Position numbers and translations under genes: made by a program. DNA of 64,000 nt, taken from positions 96,001-160,000 of IMG/VR virus record IMGVR_UViG_3300021594_000641. One strand, written 5' to 3'. This document shows, piece by piece, positions 26,425 to 49,302 of this stretch; the first letter of the stretch is position 1; each line of letters opens with the position of its first letter. The notes under the pieces were generated by a model. The model was given only the letters and a program-made list of their open reading frames with translations. It was not told the DNA's origin and searched no databases. This stretch comes from a virus.

Positions 26425-28929
26425 TTAAGCTTCTAGCTTGTAAATCCAGCAAAGCTCTCCAGCAGACACTGCTTTAGGTAAACTATCTACTACAGCTCTT
26501 TGTACTTCAGGCCAGTTCCAGTCGTGACCTGCCAAGACTCCTCCAGGTTTAACCTTAGGCAGCCACGCGGCTATGTCTGCTTTGACATCTTCGTATTCAT
26601 GAGAAGCGTCTATAAAAATAAAGTCCACACTGTTATCTTCAAACATATTAGCCGCTTCTACAGATTTCATTCTAATAGGCTTAACTACCTCACGACCCTT
26701 GTTTACAGGAGCCATGTTAGACAAGAACAACTCGTATAGCTTGTTTTCTTTTACGTACTGATCATTTATATGCGCAGCTTCGTTAGAGCCTAACCAAGTG
26801 TCTACAGCATACACTTGTATATTTTTATTTGAGTTTACTACCTCTACGCCAAGATAAGCCGTAGACTTTCCTTTCCAACTACCTACTTCTACTATCTTAC
26901 CTCCTTCAGGACAGTCTCTTACAAAACCTGAGTACAGTCCAGGATAGCTAAACCAGTTCTCTCCAAACTGAGGCTCTCCATAGATGTGATTCATTTTAGG
27001 CTTGGTGTGATCTTGCATAATTTTAACGTAATCCTTTTTCCATTTAGGTTTAAGTACAATCTTACCTAGAGGAATCTTACCCTCTTTAACATTACTTTCA
27101 AGTTTTTTAGCTGCCAGCTGGCTTACATTCTCAGTCATTATGTCGCAGGCAGACGTGTTGTAAAACCCAGTGCTGCCGAACCTATAGACTATAAACATGT
27201 CTTCAGGCCTTACCTCCTGGTCGTAATGCCCTCCTAGCTTCTCGGCAACTTTTCGCATGAAGAGCTGGTCTACTCCTACCCAGTCTGATTCTGTAAATCC
27301 TCCTACTGAATCAAACAGTTCTCTTGTGTAGGCGTGAGTTGGATGAGCTATAGGCCACTGATTGGCCATGTCTACCTTAGGTACTTCAAAAACTCCTTCC
27401 GAGCTTTCAGTCAAAATGTTTCTAGTGTGGAAAACTCCATTCTTCATTTTCTTTACGCAATAAGAAATTCTGTGAGGTAGAAAAATATCGTCATCGTCCC
27501 AACAAAACAAAATATCTCCCTTGCAATACTTTATTGTTTCATTGAATTTTTTACCCAAAGGAACTATATGCTCTTTTACGTTTATTATTCTTACCTCAGG
27601 ATGATCAAAATATAGCTCTTGTCCCTCGTAATCGTTTAGGATCACTAACTCTTTAGGTCCTTTGTAGTCTTGCCTTAAAAACGATTCTATAGCTTCTTCA
27701 AGACAGCTGACTCTACCGTAAGCCGCGCACCAGCAACTCACCATAGGCAAGTCTGTTGTTTTAAAAGCGTCTTCTTTAGGAAAAGTAGAATCTATTAGTT
27801 TTCCATACCTGTTGTAAGGAGTCTCGCTTAGAGAGTAAAACCCGTCGCCCCAAAGTTCTAGCATCTGGTCAAAATAAGCTTCGTACTGCCACCTGACTCT
27901 GTCTATGGAAAAATTGTCTAACGCGTACTGGTGTATTTTAAATGGATCAAGCCTGTGTACATTTTTAGCCGCTTGAACGTATTCTCCTATGGTCCTACAC
28001 CTGTATCCTGTAACGCCGTGGATAACGGTTTCAGTAAAAACTCCCCAATCTGTGGTTATGACTGGTGTTCCGCACATAGCTGCTTCCGCGTGAACACCTC
28101 CAAAAGGCTCTATGTACTGAGTTGGCACAAACAGAGCTTTTGCTTTTCGCATAAGCTCATTTCTTTCTTTGACGCCTACAACTCCTACATACTCTCCGTA
28201 GTTCATTGGAGGACCTTCAGCGCCAGCTATTAAAAGCCTGGCACCGAGATGCTTGCAAACATCTGCTGGAATTTGTATTCCTTTTCTGGGAGTGAGCCTA
28301 CCTATATAAAGGTAGTAGTCGTCCTTCTCGGCGCTGAAATCAAAATCGGCTGGGTCGTATAGACTACCTATTGCGCAATCAAAATATTTACCGTCAACGT
28401 CTGACGCGTCTCCTCTTCCTCCCTGAGCTCCGTAGAGAGTGTGCATCCAAGCGTAAGAATCAAAAATTCTAAATGTGGCAAAAGTCCCGCTGTATCCAAT
28501 ACCATATTCAACAGTCAAAAGGCTTGGAAAAAAATCAGCTATCTCTTTTTGAGAAGAGCCGCCGATTATGCAAATAAAGTCTTTTTTGGACTGCCTTTTC
28601 TTTATTCCTTCTATGACTCTTTTGTTGAACAGGCTAAAGGCGGGTTTACAGCCAGGCCAAAACACGTAAGGAGTCAGAGGAACCAACTTCTCTACGCCAA
28701 GAGTTTTCTTCTGTTCCTCCTCTGTCATTACAGGAATATGCTCTGTACATTCAGCTGTGTTGTTTTCTGGTGAGTAAAGGTAAACCGTGTGTCCTAGCGA
28801 CATCATGGCTTTGCAAAAATTTATTATTCTTGCGTTAAAAGCGCAATAAACAAAATTTTTATTTGTTTGAGCGTGAGGTAAGCCAACAACGTGAAATACT
28901 TTTTTAGGACCAAACCTTTGAGGATACAC
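26425..28929 (-). CDS. GT4 + GT2 + class I SAM methyltransferase fusion
   Basis: GT-B: LYIGRL...KG, EPFGGVHAEA..CGTPVI; GT-A: VSCWCAAYGR, WDDDDIFLP; MTase: VEVGSWKGKS, FIFIDASHEY, LAGHDW. Confidence 0.9.
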   Translation of the reverse strand: MYPQRFGPKKVFHVVGLPHAQTNKNFVYCAFNARIINFCKAMMSLGHTVYLYSPENNTAECTEHIPVMTEEEQKKTLGVEKLVPLTPYVFWPGCKPAFSLFNKRVIEGIKKRQSKKDFICIIGGSSQKEIADFFPSLLTVEYGIGYSGTFATFRIFDSYAWMHTLYGAQGGRGDASDVDGKYFDCAIGSLYDPADFDFSAEKDDYYLYIGRLTPRKGIQIPADVCKHLGARLLIAGAEGPPMNYGEYVGVVGVKERNELMRKAKALFVPTQYIEPFGGVHAEAAMCGTPVITTDWGVFTETVIHGVTGYRCRTIGEYVQAAKNVHRLDPFKIHQYALDNFSIDRVRWQYEAYFDQMLELWGDGFYSLSETPYNRYGKLIDSTFPKEDAFKTTDLPMVSCWCAAYGRVSCLEEAIESFLRQDYKGPKELVILNDYEGQELYFDHPEVRIINVKEHIVPLGKKFNETIKYCKGDILFCWDDDDIFLPHRISYCVKKMKNGVFHTRNILTESSEGVFEVPKVDMANQWPIAHPTHAYTRELFDSVGGFTESDWVGVDQLFMRKVAEKLGGHYDQEVRPEDMFIVYRFGSTGFYNTSACDIMTENVSQLAAKKLESNVKEGKIPLGKIVLKPKWKKDYVKIMQDHTKPKMNHIYGEPQFGENWFSYPGLYSGFVRDCPEGGKIVEVGSWKGKSTAYLGVEVVNSNKNIQVYAVDTWLGSNEAAHINDQYVKENKLYELFLSNMAPVNKGREVVKPIRMKSVEAANMFEDNSVDFIFIDASHEYEDVKADIAAWLPKVKPGGVLAGHDWNWPEVQRAVVDSLPKAVSAGELCWIYKLEA

Positions 28930-28932
28930 GAG

Positions 28933-29070
28933 TCACTTCCCTTCAGTCTTGTCGGTAAGAAATCCCACGATTAACGTAACGCCTACAAGCACAAAAGATA
29001 CGAGAAAGAAATACATGAAAAACTCTGAGTACAACATAAACCTCAAAAAGCTATTCAGTAAATCAATCAT
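28933..29070 (-). CDS. 45-aa membrane miniprotein
   Basis: Not in ORF track; MIDLLNSFLRFMLYSEFFMYFFLVSFVLVGVTLIVGFLTDKTEGK. Confidence 0.5.
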   Translation of the reverse strand: MIDLLNSFLRFMLYSEFFMYFFLVSFVLVGVTLIVGFLTDKTEGK

Positions 29071-29105
29071 TTGGCTTTGTTTATAGGGTAAACGGAACAA
29101 AAAAG

Positions 29106-29210
29106 CTATTCATCGCACTTTGGCTTTTCGTAGGCAAAGTATACAGCTGCAAAACCAAAAGCGCAAAATAGCATAACCAAGATTGTAGCTATGCCTTCTA
29201 TGCTAGTCAT
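29106..29210 (-). CDS. 34-aa membrane miniprotein
   Basis: Not in ORF track; overlaps HNH stop; MTSIEGIATILVMLFCAFGFAAVYFAYEKPKCDE. Confidence 0.5.
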   Translation of the reverse strand: MTSIEGIATILVMLFCAFGFAAVYFAYEKPKCDE

Positions 29211-29967
29211 GTTCTTTGTGCCTTTCTGGTCTGGGTCTTCTGTTGCCTTCACTTATGTTTTTAAACGCCTCAAGAGGCCTAGTGTTAGTGTAGTGAAAAG
29301 CTACCTTTTGCTTTTCAGGGTCTGTTAAATCAAAATGGCTCAAAGGAACTATATGGTCTATGTTCCAGCGTCTAACGCCGTCAGGCCTATGGCTTCCATG
29401 ATTGTCCCAGGTCATCCAGGACTCAAATAGATTTTCTAAATAAAGCTTGTACTCTTGTACAGAGCAACCTAAAAGAGTTGCTGTTTTTGTTGTTTTAGAG
29501 ACGCTCTGTTTTTTAAGAGCTACACGCATCAAAGCAGAAACAACTTGCTTTATTTTTAAGTGAGGGTCTGATCTTCTTCTGTCAGCCTCTTTTTTACGTG
29601 ATTCTTTATACTTTTTTGGATTATTGTTAACCCAGTCTTTCTTACTTTGAGCATTTTTTTCTTTGTTGTTTTCAATCCATTTCCGCCTATAGGCTCGCAT
29701 TTTATCTGGATTTGCTTTTTGCCAATCAGAGTTTTGTTTTAATATTTTTTGTTTGTTTTTAATATAGTTAGCTCTACCCCTTTCTTTATTTTTAAGCCTG
29801 CATTCTTCTAAATTTTCTTGATAATAGCGTTTAGCGTTTAAACGCCAAACCTCTTTAAGTTTTTCCGCGTGTTTCTCTCTGTACTTTTTACTGTATTCTT
29901 TAAATTTTTCCTTATTAGCTTCTCTGTATTTTCTATTGTACTCTCTTTGTTTTTCTTTATCAGTCAT
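29203..29967 (-). mobile_element. Free-standing HNH-type homing endonuclease with repetitive basic N-terminal helices
   Basis: MTWDNHG, WNIDHIVPLS.F, FHYTNTRPL..N; start moved to MTDKEK overlapping GT2 stop. Confidence 0.75.
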
Positions 29968-30832
29968 GTACTTTGTGCCTCTTTCCAGAATCATCATCAA
30001 AATCAATGCTTGGAAATATAAGTTTAATTCCGTTCAAAACTTCTTCGCACTGATCAGCTGGTAACTTTCTTTTAAAATAATCACAACATTGTTTAATGCT
30101 CCAGCCCATCTCGTAAGAAGCTACGAGGTAATTATGAAACTTATCATTAAGGGTTAAAGCATAGGTGATTGGTTTTGACCTGTAAAACCTATGAACCCAG
30201 CCTAGGTCTAAATGAACGTAACACTTACCTCCATTATTCCTCACTTTTTGATGTAAGTAAAGCTCTTCTGCGCTAAAACCTTTAAAGTGCTTGCTAAAGT
30301 ATGGATAGTGTTCACGCTTCATAAGCGTGTAAGCAGAGCCATGTCCTTCAATCTCTTTGATCTTTATCTTTGGCAGTTCTGGGTCTGTGTGCCATACGCC
30401 AAAGAAGTCTCCGCGCCATTCTGGTAGCAGCTCAGACGCGATCATGTGACCACGCTCGTTCAGCAACGGACCTGTCCAAAGGTCTTTGCCTATTAGGTCG
30501 CTGTCGATAGCGTCGATGATGTATTGCACAGAACATGGAGCTAGCAGAACATGACTGTCTACTAGAAGAACATAGTCGCCTTTGGCGTGTTCCCACACAG
30601 AATCTTTGGCGTGTGCTGGACCTTTGTTCTTGGAGTGGTGAACGTACCTGGCTCCAGAGTTGTTGCACACGTTTTCTAGGTCTTGCTGCTTCTCAGGCAT
30701 GTCGTCTATGACAAGAAGCTCTACGTCTGTTCTTTCTGCTTTGACGTGGTACTGGCGTATGGAAGTGAGGGTCCAGAACGCGCCTTCTGGGTCATCCCAG
30801 TTAGCCATGCCGATAGTGAGCTTGGGGGACAT
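29960..30832 (-). CDS. GT2 family glycosyltransferase
   Basis: LTIGMAN, LLVIDD, GPAHAK, VLLVDSH, FKGFSAEE. Confidence 0.8.
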   Translation of the reverse strand: MSPKLTIGMANWDDPEGAFWTLTSIRQYHVKAERTDVELLVIDDMPEKQQDLENVCNNSGARYVHHSKNKGPAHAKDSVWEHAKGDYVLLVDSHVLLAPCSVQYIIDAIDSDLIGKDLWTGPLLNERGHMIASELLPEWRGDFFGVWHTDPELPKIKIKEIEGHGSAYTLMKREHYPYFSKHFKGFSAEELYLHQKVRNNGGKCYVHLDLGWVHRFYRSKPITYALTLNDKFHNYLVASYEMGWSIKQCCDYFKRKLPADQCEEVLNGIKLIFPSIDFDDDSGKRHKVHD

Positions 30833-30842
30833 GACAGCCTTT

Positions 30843-31796
30843 CTATGTCAGACCGTACCGACCTTTGAGACGATTATACAGATTGGATATGCCTGTGGAA
30901 GAGAGGGCTTTGTCGTAAACCCTTACCATATAGAATGTGGCGTTTAAAGGCTCTGCTCCGCTACCGACGTCAGCGGCCAGTCTCCAGTTCTGACCAGTTG
31001 ATATGGTAGCAGTGTTGGTAGAACTAGCATTCAATGTTCCGTTTTTATAGAGCTTTGTGTTGTTTGAAGCGTCTCTAGTAGCCGCAATTATAAACGTTGA
31101 AGCAGTTAAGTTAGTAGACCAGTTAGGCGTGTACGAGTTTAAATACAGCCCTCCAATATTGTTTAGTTGAAGAGTATTGCTAGTATAGCCGACACCGTAG
31201 TTGCCTATGATGTTGCCACCAGTGGTATTATTTAAAGTTATAGCTACAACTATAGTAAACTGCCCAGTCACTAAAGAATTATTTGCAATTTCAGCGTAGC
31301 TGCTGCTACTACCACTAAAGCTTATTCCTCCGTAGTTAGTGGTAACAAAAGTTCCGTTGTAAATAGTAGCGTTATTACCGCTTTCACTCAGATCAAACCA
31401 GGTTGAGCCTGTGCCTGGGTAGCTCTTGTAGTTCAAAGCGTCTAGGTGCAGCTTCAAGCCGTACTCGTTCTCTATGTCTGTGTTAGCCAACGTAACAGCC
31501 GCGACGTAGCTTCCATCTAGGGCTGACTGAACTCCATTGGCCGCGAGAATAATCTCAACGCTGTCGTTTGCTTCTATCGTTACGCCTGAGATGTCCAAAA
31601 CAATAGTTTGATCAGAAGCGTCTGAATCTGCTGTGTTGAGCGTTATGCCAGCTGTTATCGGCCCAGCTGTTGTAGTGGTCGTCGTAGTTGTTGTGGTTGT
31701 TGTCGTTGTGGTCGTTGTTGTAGTAGTCGTACTGGTAGAGCTTGACGAGCTAGATGTTGTGCTAGTGTCTGGAGGCGGCGATGTCATGATAGCCAT
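30843..31796 (-). CDS. Ser/Thr-tract protein with C-terminal LamG/ConA-like domain
   Basis: Long Ser/Thr run (poly-Thr) at N-terminus; LHLDA.NYKSYPGTGSTWFDLS, VRVYDKALS. Confidence 0.8.
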   Translation of the reverse strand: MAIMTSPPPDTSTTSSSSSSTSTTTTTTTTTTTTTTTTTTTTTAGPITAGITLNTADSDASDQTIVLDISGVTIEANDSVEIILAANGVQSALDGSYVAAVTLANTDIENEYGLKLHLDALNYKSYPGTGSTWFDLSESGNNATIYNGTFVTTNYGGISFSGSSSSYAEIANNSLVTGQFTIVVAITLNNTTGGNIIGNYGVGYTSNTLQLNNIGGLYLNSYTPNWSTNLTASTFIIAATRDASNNTKLYKNGTLNASSTNTATISTGQNWRLAADVGSGAEPLNATFYMVRVYDKALSSTGISNLYNRLKGRYGLT

Positions 31797-31807
31797 TTGT
31801 CGGCTCC

Positions 31808-32227
31808 TTAGAACTTTATAGATTTCTTTATTCTAGCCGTAATCTCATTAGCGTCTATCAAAGTGCCTTGGTTGGCTCCAGGGCACTTTTTTGTGATATT
31901 GTTCCAGTTTTCTTGTGAGTTTTCAATAAGTCGCATAAAAGGATAGGAGCGACATTGGTTTGGTTGAGCATCATATACTGAACAGGTTGTTCCGTTGGCT
32001 AGGAACGGGCACTCACCATTTGTCTTTCTTTGTATCTGCAAGTCTTCAAAATTATTGTTTGTATACTTGATAGCAACTTCTTGCTCAGGCATGTTCAAAT
32101 GCTTAGCCAGCACGCTAAGATCGTCACCTACCAGCCATATCGACCCTTCCCAAGACTTGCAGCAGTCACCGCACTTGGTGCATTCAAAACGCAGGCCGTC
32201 TTTGTACCAAGGCTCTTGAGTTGTCAT
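31808..32227 (-). CDS. YkgJ-family cysteine-cluster protein
   Basis: F.CTKCGDCC, CPFL, CSVY..QP.QCRSYPF, CPG. Confidence 0.85.
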   Translation of the reverse strand: MTTQEPWYKDGLRFECTKCGDCCKSWEGSIWLVGDDLSVLAKHLNMPEQEVAIKYTNNNFEDLQIQRKTNGECPFLANGTTCSVYDAQPNQCRSYPFMRLIENSQENWNNITKKCPGANQGTLIDANEITARIKKSIKF

Positions 32228-32490
32228 CCTGTGCCTTTCGTTACCTTGACAGTGATGCCTGTGGTAGCTGCCACAACAGGCTGATTGAACGACAGGATAA
32301 CCTGGTTGCCTGCTTGCGCCACTCTTGTTGGAGGTCTTCTAGGTGGTGGCGCGTATGGGTTTGTAACGCTAGCTTTGATAACGCCTGTAGAGCTAGGGTA
32401 CAGCGCTGGAGGAGAGCCTGCTCCTCCATTTGTGCAACCACCAACGCCAGAGTTCGGCCTGCGCTTGCATCGTCTGCTGATTCCAGCCAT
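32224..32490 (-). CDS. Hypothetical small protein
   Basis: 88-aa ORF, AGGAGGA SD, ATGA-coupled to next gene. Confidence 0.6.
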   Translation of the reverse strand: MAGISRRCKRRPNSGVGGCTNGGAGSPPALYPSSTGVIKASVTNPYAPPPRRPPTRVAQAGNQVILSFNQPVVAATTGITVKVTKGTG

Positions 32491-32505
32491 AGAAGTATCC
32501 TCCTA

Positions 32506-36402
<3,897 letters not shown>

Positions 36403-36453
36403 TGTTCACTCCAGCTAAAAGCCAGAAATAAAAGCTTAAAGCGCTTAATCTGG

Positions 36454-37827
36454 TCAATAAATGTTCCACTTTGTGTTAAGGTAGGCCTCTACGCGTTGTT
36501 GTTGATTCAACGTTAAAGCTGAATTATAAATGAGCATCTCGTAGAAATCACCTCTGTAAGTCTGCCCACCGCTTCTATTAAAAAAAGTTGTTGCTGATGA
36601 AGACAGGCTAGTGTTGTAGCTTGAGACTATAGTTGAACCATTTAACCTTAAACCCCCTCCTGAAGAAGCATTCACATAAGTAAACAACGTATTTGAATTT
36701 AAAACACTAGATGAAACAGTGTATGTGCTGGGGTAGTCTAATTCTATTCTTCCACTACTATCAATCCACATCATTGGCCTAGAACCAGACGTGTCATAGA
36801 TGCTGTGATAGCCTGTGCTGTTAGTTTTAAACACAGTAAAAATTGTAACGGGTTCAGGACCTATAGCAAAACTAGAAGGTTGAATGAAGTCATTGCTGCC
36901 GTCGAAGCGCAAAACACTTAAATTGTTTTGTATACCTAACTTAACAAGCGGTCTATTAGCTGATGTTGCTTGACTGGCATGATTTAAATTACCGCTTTTA
37001 TCTTTCCACAAAGCGACTGCTGTGCCGTCAGCTGAAGCCAAAGTAGTTCCGGCGGTGTCTGAGAAAAGTGTTCCAGAATCAGATGCGTCAAGCCATAACT
37101 TCATACCAGGAATGTCTGGAAGTGAAATCGGAGACCCTAGATAGCGACTACTGGTTGCACTGTAGTTTTGAGCAACTTGAGCCGCTGTCATTGCTGCGTT
37201 GTAGAAGCTTACCTCTCCTATTGATCCAGTGAAGTTATAAGAAGCGTCGTAGCGCCAACCTATTTTTATCGATTGGCCCGTGGCTAGCGAACCAGCAGCA
37301 GTATGCGTGCTGTCCAAAACACCGTTTATATACTTAGACACAGTGCCTGAGAGCCTGGATATTACCAAGTGATACCAAGTATTTGTGGTAATTTGAGTAA
37401 CGCTGTTGTTCGCCGTGTTGCCTATCCAGGTGCGAAAGTTGTATGGCGAAGCAGCCAAGTAGTAAATGATGCCGTTGCCGTTAAGATTATCGTCCAAAGA
37501 AACGGGAAGAGAATAGGGCGCGAAGCTAGATACTTTAGCCCAACACTCTAGAGTGAAGTCGCCTGTGCCGACGTTAAACAAAGACGATGTGCCTGTAGCG
37601 GTAGCCCCAGCAGTAGCTCCAGAGTATGTAAGAATACCGCTGTTCATGTAAGAAAAAACTGGACTATTGCCTATGGTGGCGTTGAGACCGTTACCTGTTA
37701 AATCAGTCCAAGTAGTACCACTACCTGGGTAACTCTTGGTGTTACCAGCGTCTAAAGAGACAACCAAACCAGAGTCTGCAATCTCAGGTCCAGCGTAAGA
37801 GCCAAGAGCTTTGAACTCAGCACTCAT
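36454..37827 (-). CDS. Tandem LamG/ConA-like domain protein
   Basis: LDAGNTKSYPGSG..W.DL.GN, WYHLV, YN.A; second WLDASD..W.DKSGN domain. Confidence 0.85.
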   Translation of the reverse strand: MSAEFKALGSYAGPEIADSGLVVSLDAGNTKSYPGSGTTWTDLTGNGLNATIGNSPVFSYMNSGILTYSGATAGATATGTSSLFNVGTGDFTLECWAKVSSFAPYSLPVSLDDNLNGNGIIYYLAASPYNFRTWIGNTANNSVTQITTNTWYHLVISRLSGTVSKYINGVLDSTHTAAGSLATGQSIKIGWRYDASYNFTGSIGEVSFYNAAMTAAQVAQNYSATSSRYLGSPISLPDIPGMKLWLDASDSGTLFSDTAGTTLASADGTAVALWKDKSGNLNHASQATSANRPLVKLGIQNNLSVLRFDGSNDFIQPSSFAIGPEPVTIFTVFKTNSTGYHSIYDTSGSRPMMWIDSSGRIELDYPSTYTVSSSVLNSNTLFTYVNASSGGGLRLNGSTIVSSYNTSLSSSATTFFNRSGGQTYRGDFYEMLIYNSALTLNQQQRVEAYLNTKWNIY

Positions 37828-39209
37828 AGCCCGAACCTCCCGCGCAGAGAGTTGAAGTTTTGCGCTATTTGGATAGGTGAAAGCGCTGCGTTATAAATTT
37901 GAACAGACGCAATGTTACCACCGAAAAAATTGTTTGCAGCGTTATGAAAAACGGCTATTCGGCAATTATAGCCCGCGCCGTTACCAAACTGTGTTGTCTG
38001 ATCCCCACTTCGAGATACGCCTGAGCTTCGCTCAACTCCGTTTACGTAGTGACGAGTTATTGTTCCAGTGTCACTATTGTTCCTAACAAAACAATAATTA
38101 CGCCAGGTGCTGTCTTGAAAATCTCCATAAGTACCACTTCTAGACAAAGCAGAATAAGGCGTGCCTCCGCTATTCCAATAGACCCACATAGTTTGACCTG
38201 TGGACCCCAAGTCAGGGTCATTCATATCAAAATGCAAAGCGTAAGAAGACGTTGATCCGTTTCCTAGCGAGAGTAAGTATTGGTAAGAAGCTGTAGACGT
38301 AGCTTTAAACCAAAAATTAAAAGTGCAATTTGTCAGTGTAGTAGTAAAAGGCAACGTGGCGTAATTAGTAGTCCTATTGAATACAAAACTACCGCCGTTA
38401 CCTGTGTCAAACGTAGGGCTGTTTACAAGCGTAGCGTTATTGCCGTTTCCACTTATATCGTTCCAAGCAGTGCCACTTCCAGAATAGCTGTTAGGATTAC
38501 CTGCGTCTAAGCTGACAAGTAAATTGCTGGTAATAGGCGGCGGAGAATAGAAATTATCAATACGACCACGGCTAGCGTTGTAATTTTGTAACGCCTCTGA
38601 GGCGGTCAACGCACGACTATAGACTAAAGTTTGACCTATGTTACCAATCCAGTAGTTGTTATCGAACCTAGTTTGACCAATTGCCAAAGTGTTTGCGTGG
38701 GTTGTGGCGGTAGTGATGCTGTTCACAGCTACGCCGTTAACGTACACGACTAAAGTGGTTCCGTCGCAGGTTATAGTTAACTGGTACCAGCTGTTAACAG
38801 CAAAAGAATAATTTATTAGCGAATAACCGTTTGAGTTGTACCACACACGCATAGAGTTAGCTGCGGCTGTTGTAGTACCAACATAACAACCGTTAAAGCT
38901 AGAAGTGCTGTAAGTAGAAAACAATCCACGGTTATGGATGTTGTAAGTAGACGTGTTGTTAAACCACATGGATATTGACCATGTGTTGCTAGGGGTAAAA
39001 GAAGAGCTTAAAGTTTGAGCGCCGCTGTAGGTTAAACTTCGACCAAAGCCGTAATTGACGTAAGGGCTGCCATTCAAAGTAAAATTATTGCCTGCTCCGC
39101 TTAAGTCGGTAATCGTAGACCCAGAGCCCGAGTAGCTTTTGATGTTGCCAGGATCAAGGCAAAGCGCCAAACCACTTTGGACAATTGATGGAGAGTGACC
39201 TAGTCCCAT
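37824..39209 (-). CDS. Tandem LamG/ConA-like domain protein
   Basis: Two LD(P/A)GN..SYSGSG...DLSG modules, IYN.AL..QN. Confidence 0.85.
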   Translation of the reverse strand: MGLGHSPSIVQSGLALCLDPGNIKSYSGSGSTITDLSGAGNNFTLNGSPYVNYGFGRSLTYSGAQTLSSSFTPSNTWSISMWFNNTSTYNIHNRGLFSTYSTSSFNGCYVGTTTAAANSMRVWYNSNGYSLINYSFAVNSWYQLTITCDGTTLVVYVNGVAVNSITTATTHANTLAIGQTRFDNNYWIGNIGQTLVYSRALTASEALQNYNASRGRIDNFYSPPPITSNLLVSLDAGNPNSYSGSGTAWNDISGNGNNATLVNSPTFDTGNGGSFVFNRTTNYATLPFTTTLTNCTFNFWFKATSTASYQYLLSLGNGSTSSYALHFDMNDPDLGSTGQTMWVYWNSGGTPYSALSRSGTYGDFQDSTWRNYCFVRNNSDTGTITRHYVNGVERSSGVSRSGDQTTQFGNGAGYNCRIAVFHNAANNFFGGNIASVQIYNAALSPIQIAQNFNSLRGRFGL

Positions 39210-39221
39210 CGCACGCCCTCC

Positions 39222-39831
39222 TTACAGGCCGAATCTGCCGCGAAGGGCGTTGTAGTTTTGTAGGATTTGATCTGATGTGAGTATTGTGTTGTAGATCAAC
39301 AAAAAAGAAATCTGACCGTTAGCTCTTTCGTTATTTTGACCGCCGATATTGAAACCGTTAGGACCGCTTACTCCAAGAGAATTCTGAACAACAAAAGTAT
39401 TGTCGTACCACATAGACCATGTGTCGGTAGAAGTGTCGCCAGTACCCGTCCAAATATGCCAACCAGACCCAGACAAGGTGTACTGGTTGTTTACCCAACC
39501 TTCGGCATAGTAGTTTGGTCCGCTTCCGCCGTGATGACCAAGCAGCCAATTGTTGTTTAAGGCAGTCAGCATTCTGCCGCCAGATATTATTCTGGTTGCA
39601 GACATGATCGTGTACTTGCTGGTGGAATAACTGCTAGTGATGGCGCTCGTTGTTCCATTTGTTTCAAACACGCCACCGTTGGCACTGCTCCAAGTAGGAG
39701 AGTTAACCAAAGTGAAGTTATTACCGTTACCAGTAAGGTCCAGCCAAGACGTACCTGAACCTGGGTAACTTTTTACGTTGGCAGCGTCCAGGTAAACCTG
39801 TAGCCCACTTGTAACTATGCTGGGGTTATAG

Positions 39832-39842
<11 letters not shown>
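39222..39842 (-). CDS. Single LamG/ConA-like domain protein
   Basis: LDAANVKSYPGSG.W.DLTGN, IYN.IL..ILQNYNA.RGRFGL. Confidence 0.85.
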
Positions 39843-48713
<8,871 letters not shown>

Positions 48714-48732
48714 CTACGCGTCCTCTATGAAA

Positions 48733-48761
48733 ACAACACGGGATTTACCGTCCCGTGTTGT
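48733..48761. terminator. Hairpin upstream of the fibre genes
   Basis: acaacacggga-tttaccg-tcccgtgttgt perfect 11-bp stem. Confidence 0.55.
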
Positions 48762-48784
48762 CTCGGGAACAACGGCTATTTGAT

Positions 48785-49093
48785 TTACAGAATGCCTTTT
48801 TCCTTACCGTAACTTTCTAAAGCATTTTGAACTGCAGCGAGGGCTGTAGCAAAGTCTTCTCTAGAAGATACTTCCGCCCAAAGGTCTGGAATAAATATAT
48901 TCTTACGGCCTTCTGGGTACAGGTCCCACGATCCGTCTTCTTTTCTGAAGCCTGGAACTAGAAAAGCTTCAGCGGCCATAGGACGAGTTATCCCGTCGCC
49001 TTCAAAAACAAGGCGTTCAGTGACCCACTTGTCGTACACTTTGGCTTCTGTAGCGGGTATTTCAATAGGGTTAGTTGCTTCTATATCTGCCAT
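48785..49093 (-). CDS. Hypothetical protein
   Basis: 102 aa, AAGGAG SD, gccATG. Confidence 0.75.
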   Translation of the reverse strand: MADIEATNPIEIPATEAKVYDKWVTERLVFEGDGITRPMAAEAFLVPGFRKEDGSWDLYPEGRKNIFIPDLWAEVSSREDFATALAAVQNALESYGKEKGIL

Positions 49094-49118
49094 GGCTTTC
49101 TCCTTATAAAAAGCTTAA

Positions 49119-49286
49119 TCAAGTGTAACCCAAAGGTTGGTCTGTAGGTAGAGCAACCACAGACTCTAGTTCAAAAGAGTTTACGGTCATAGGATGAACC
49201 CAGGCCACAAAAGTCTGAATCATCTCTTCAGGAAAATTTACTACTTCTTCAACCTTTGAAACATCGCAGCTATAATCTGATAACAT
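49119..49286 (-). CDS. 55-aa acidic hypothetical protein
   Basis: Not in ORF track; AAGGA SD; MLSDYSCDVSKVEEVVNFPEEMIQTFVAWVHPMTVNSFELESVVALPTDQPLGYT. Confidence 0.5.
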   Translation of the reverse strand: MLSDYSCDVSKVEEVVNFPEEMIQTFVAWVHPMTVNSFELESVVALPTDQPLGYT

Positions 49287-49302
49287 AACTCATTCCTTTC
49301 TG

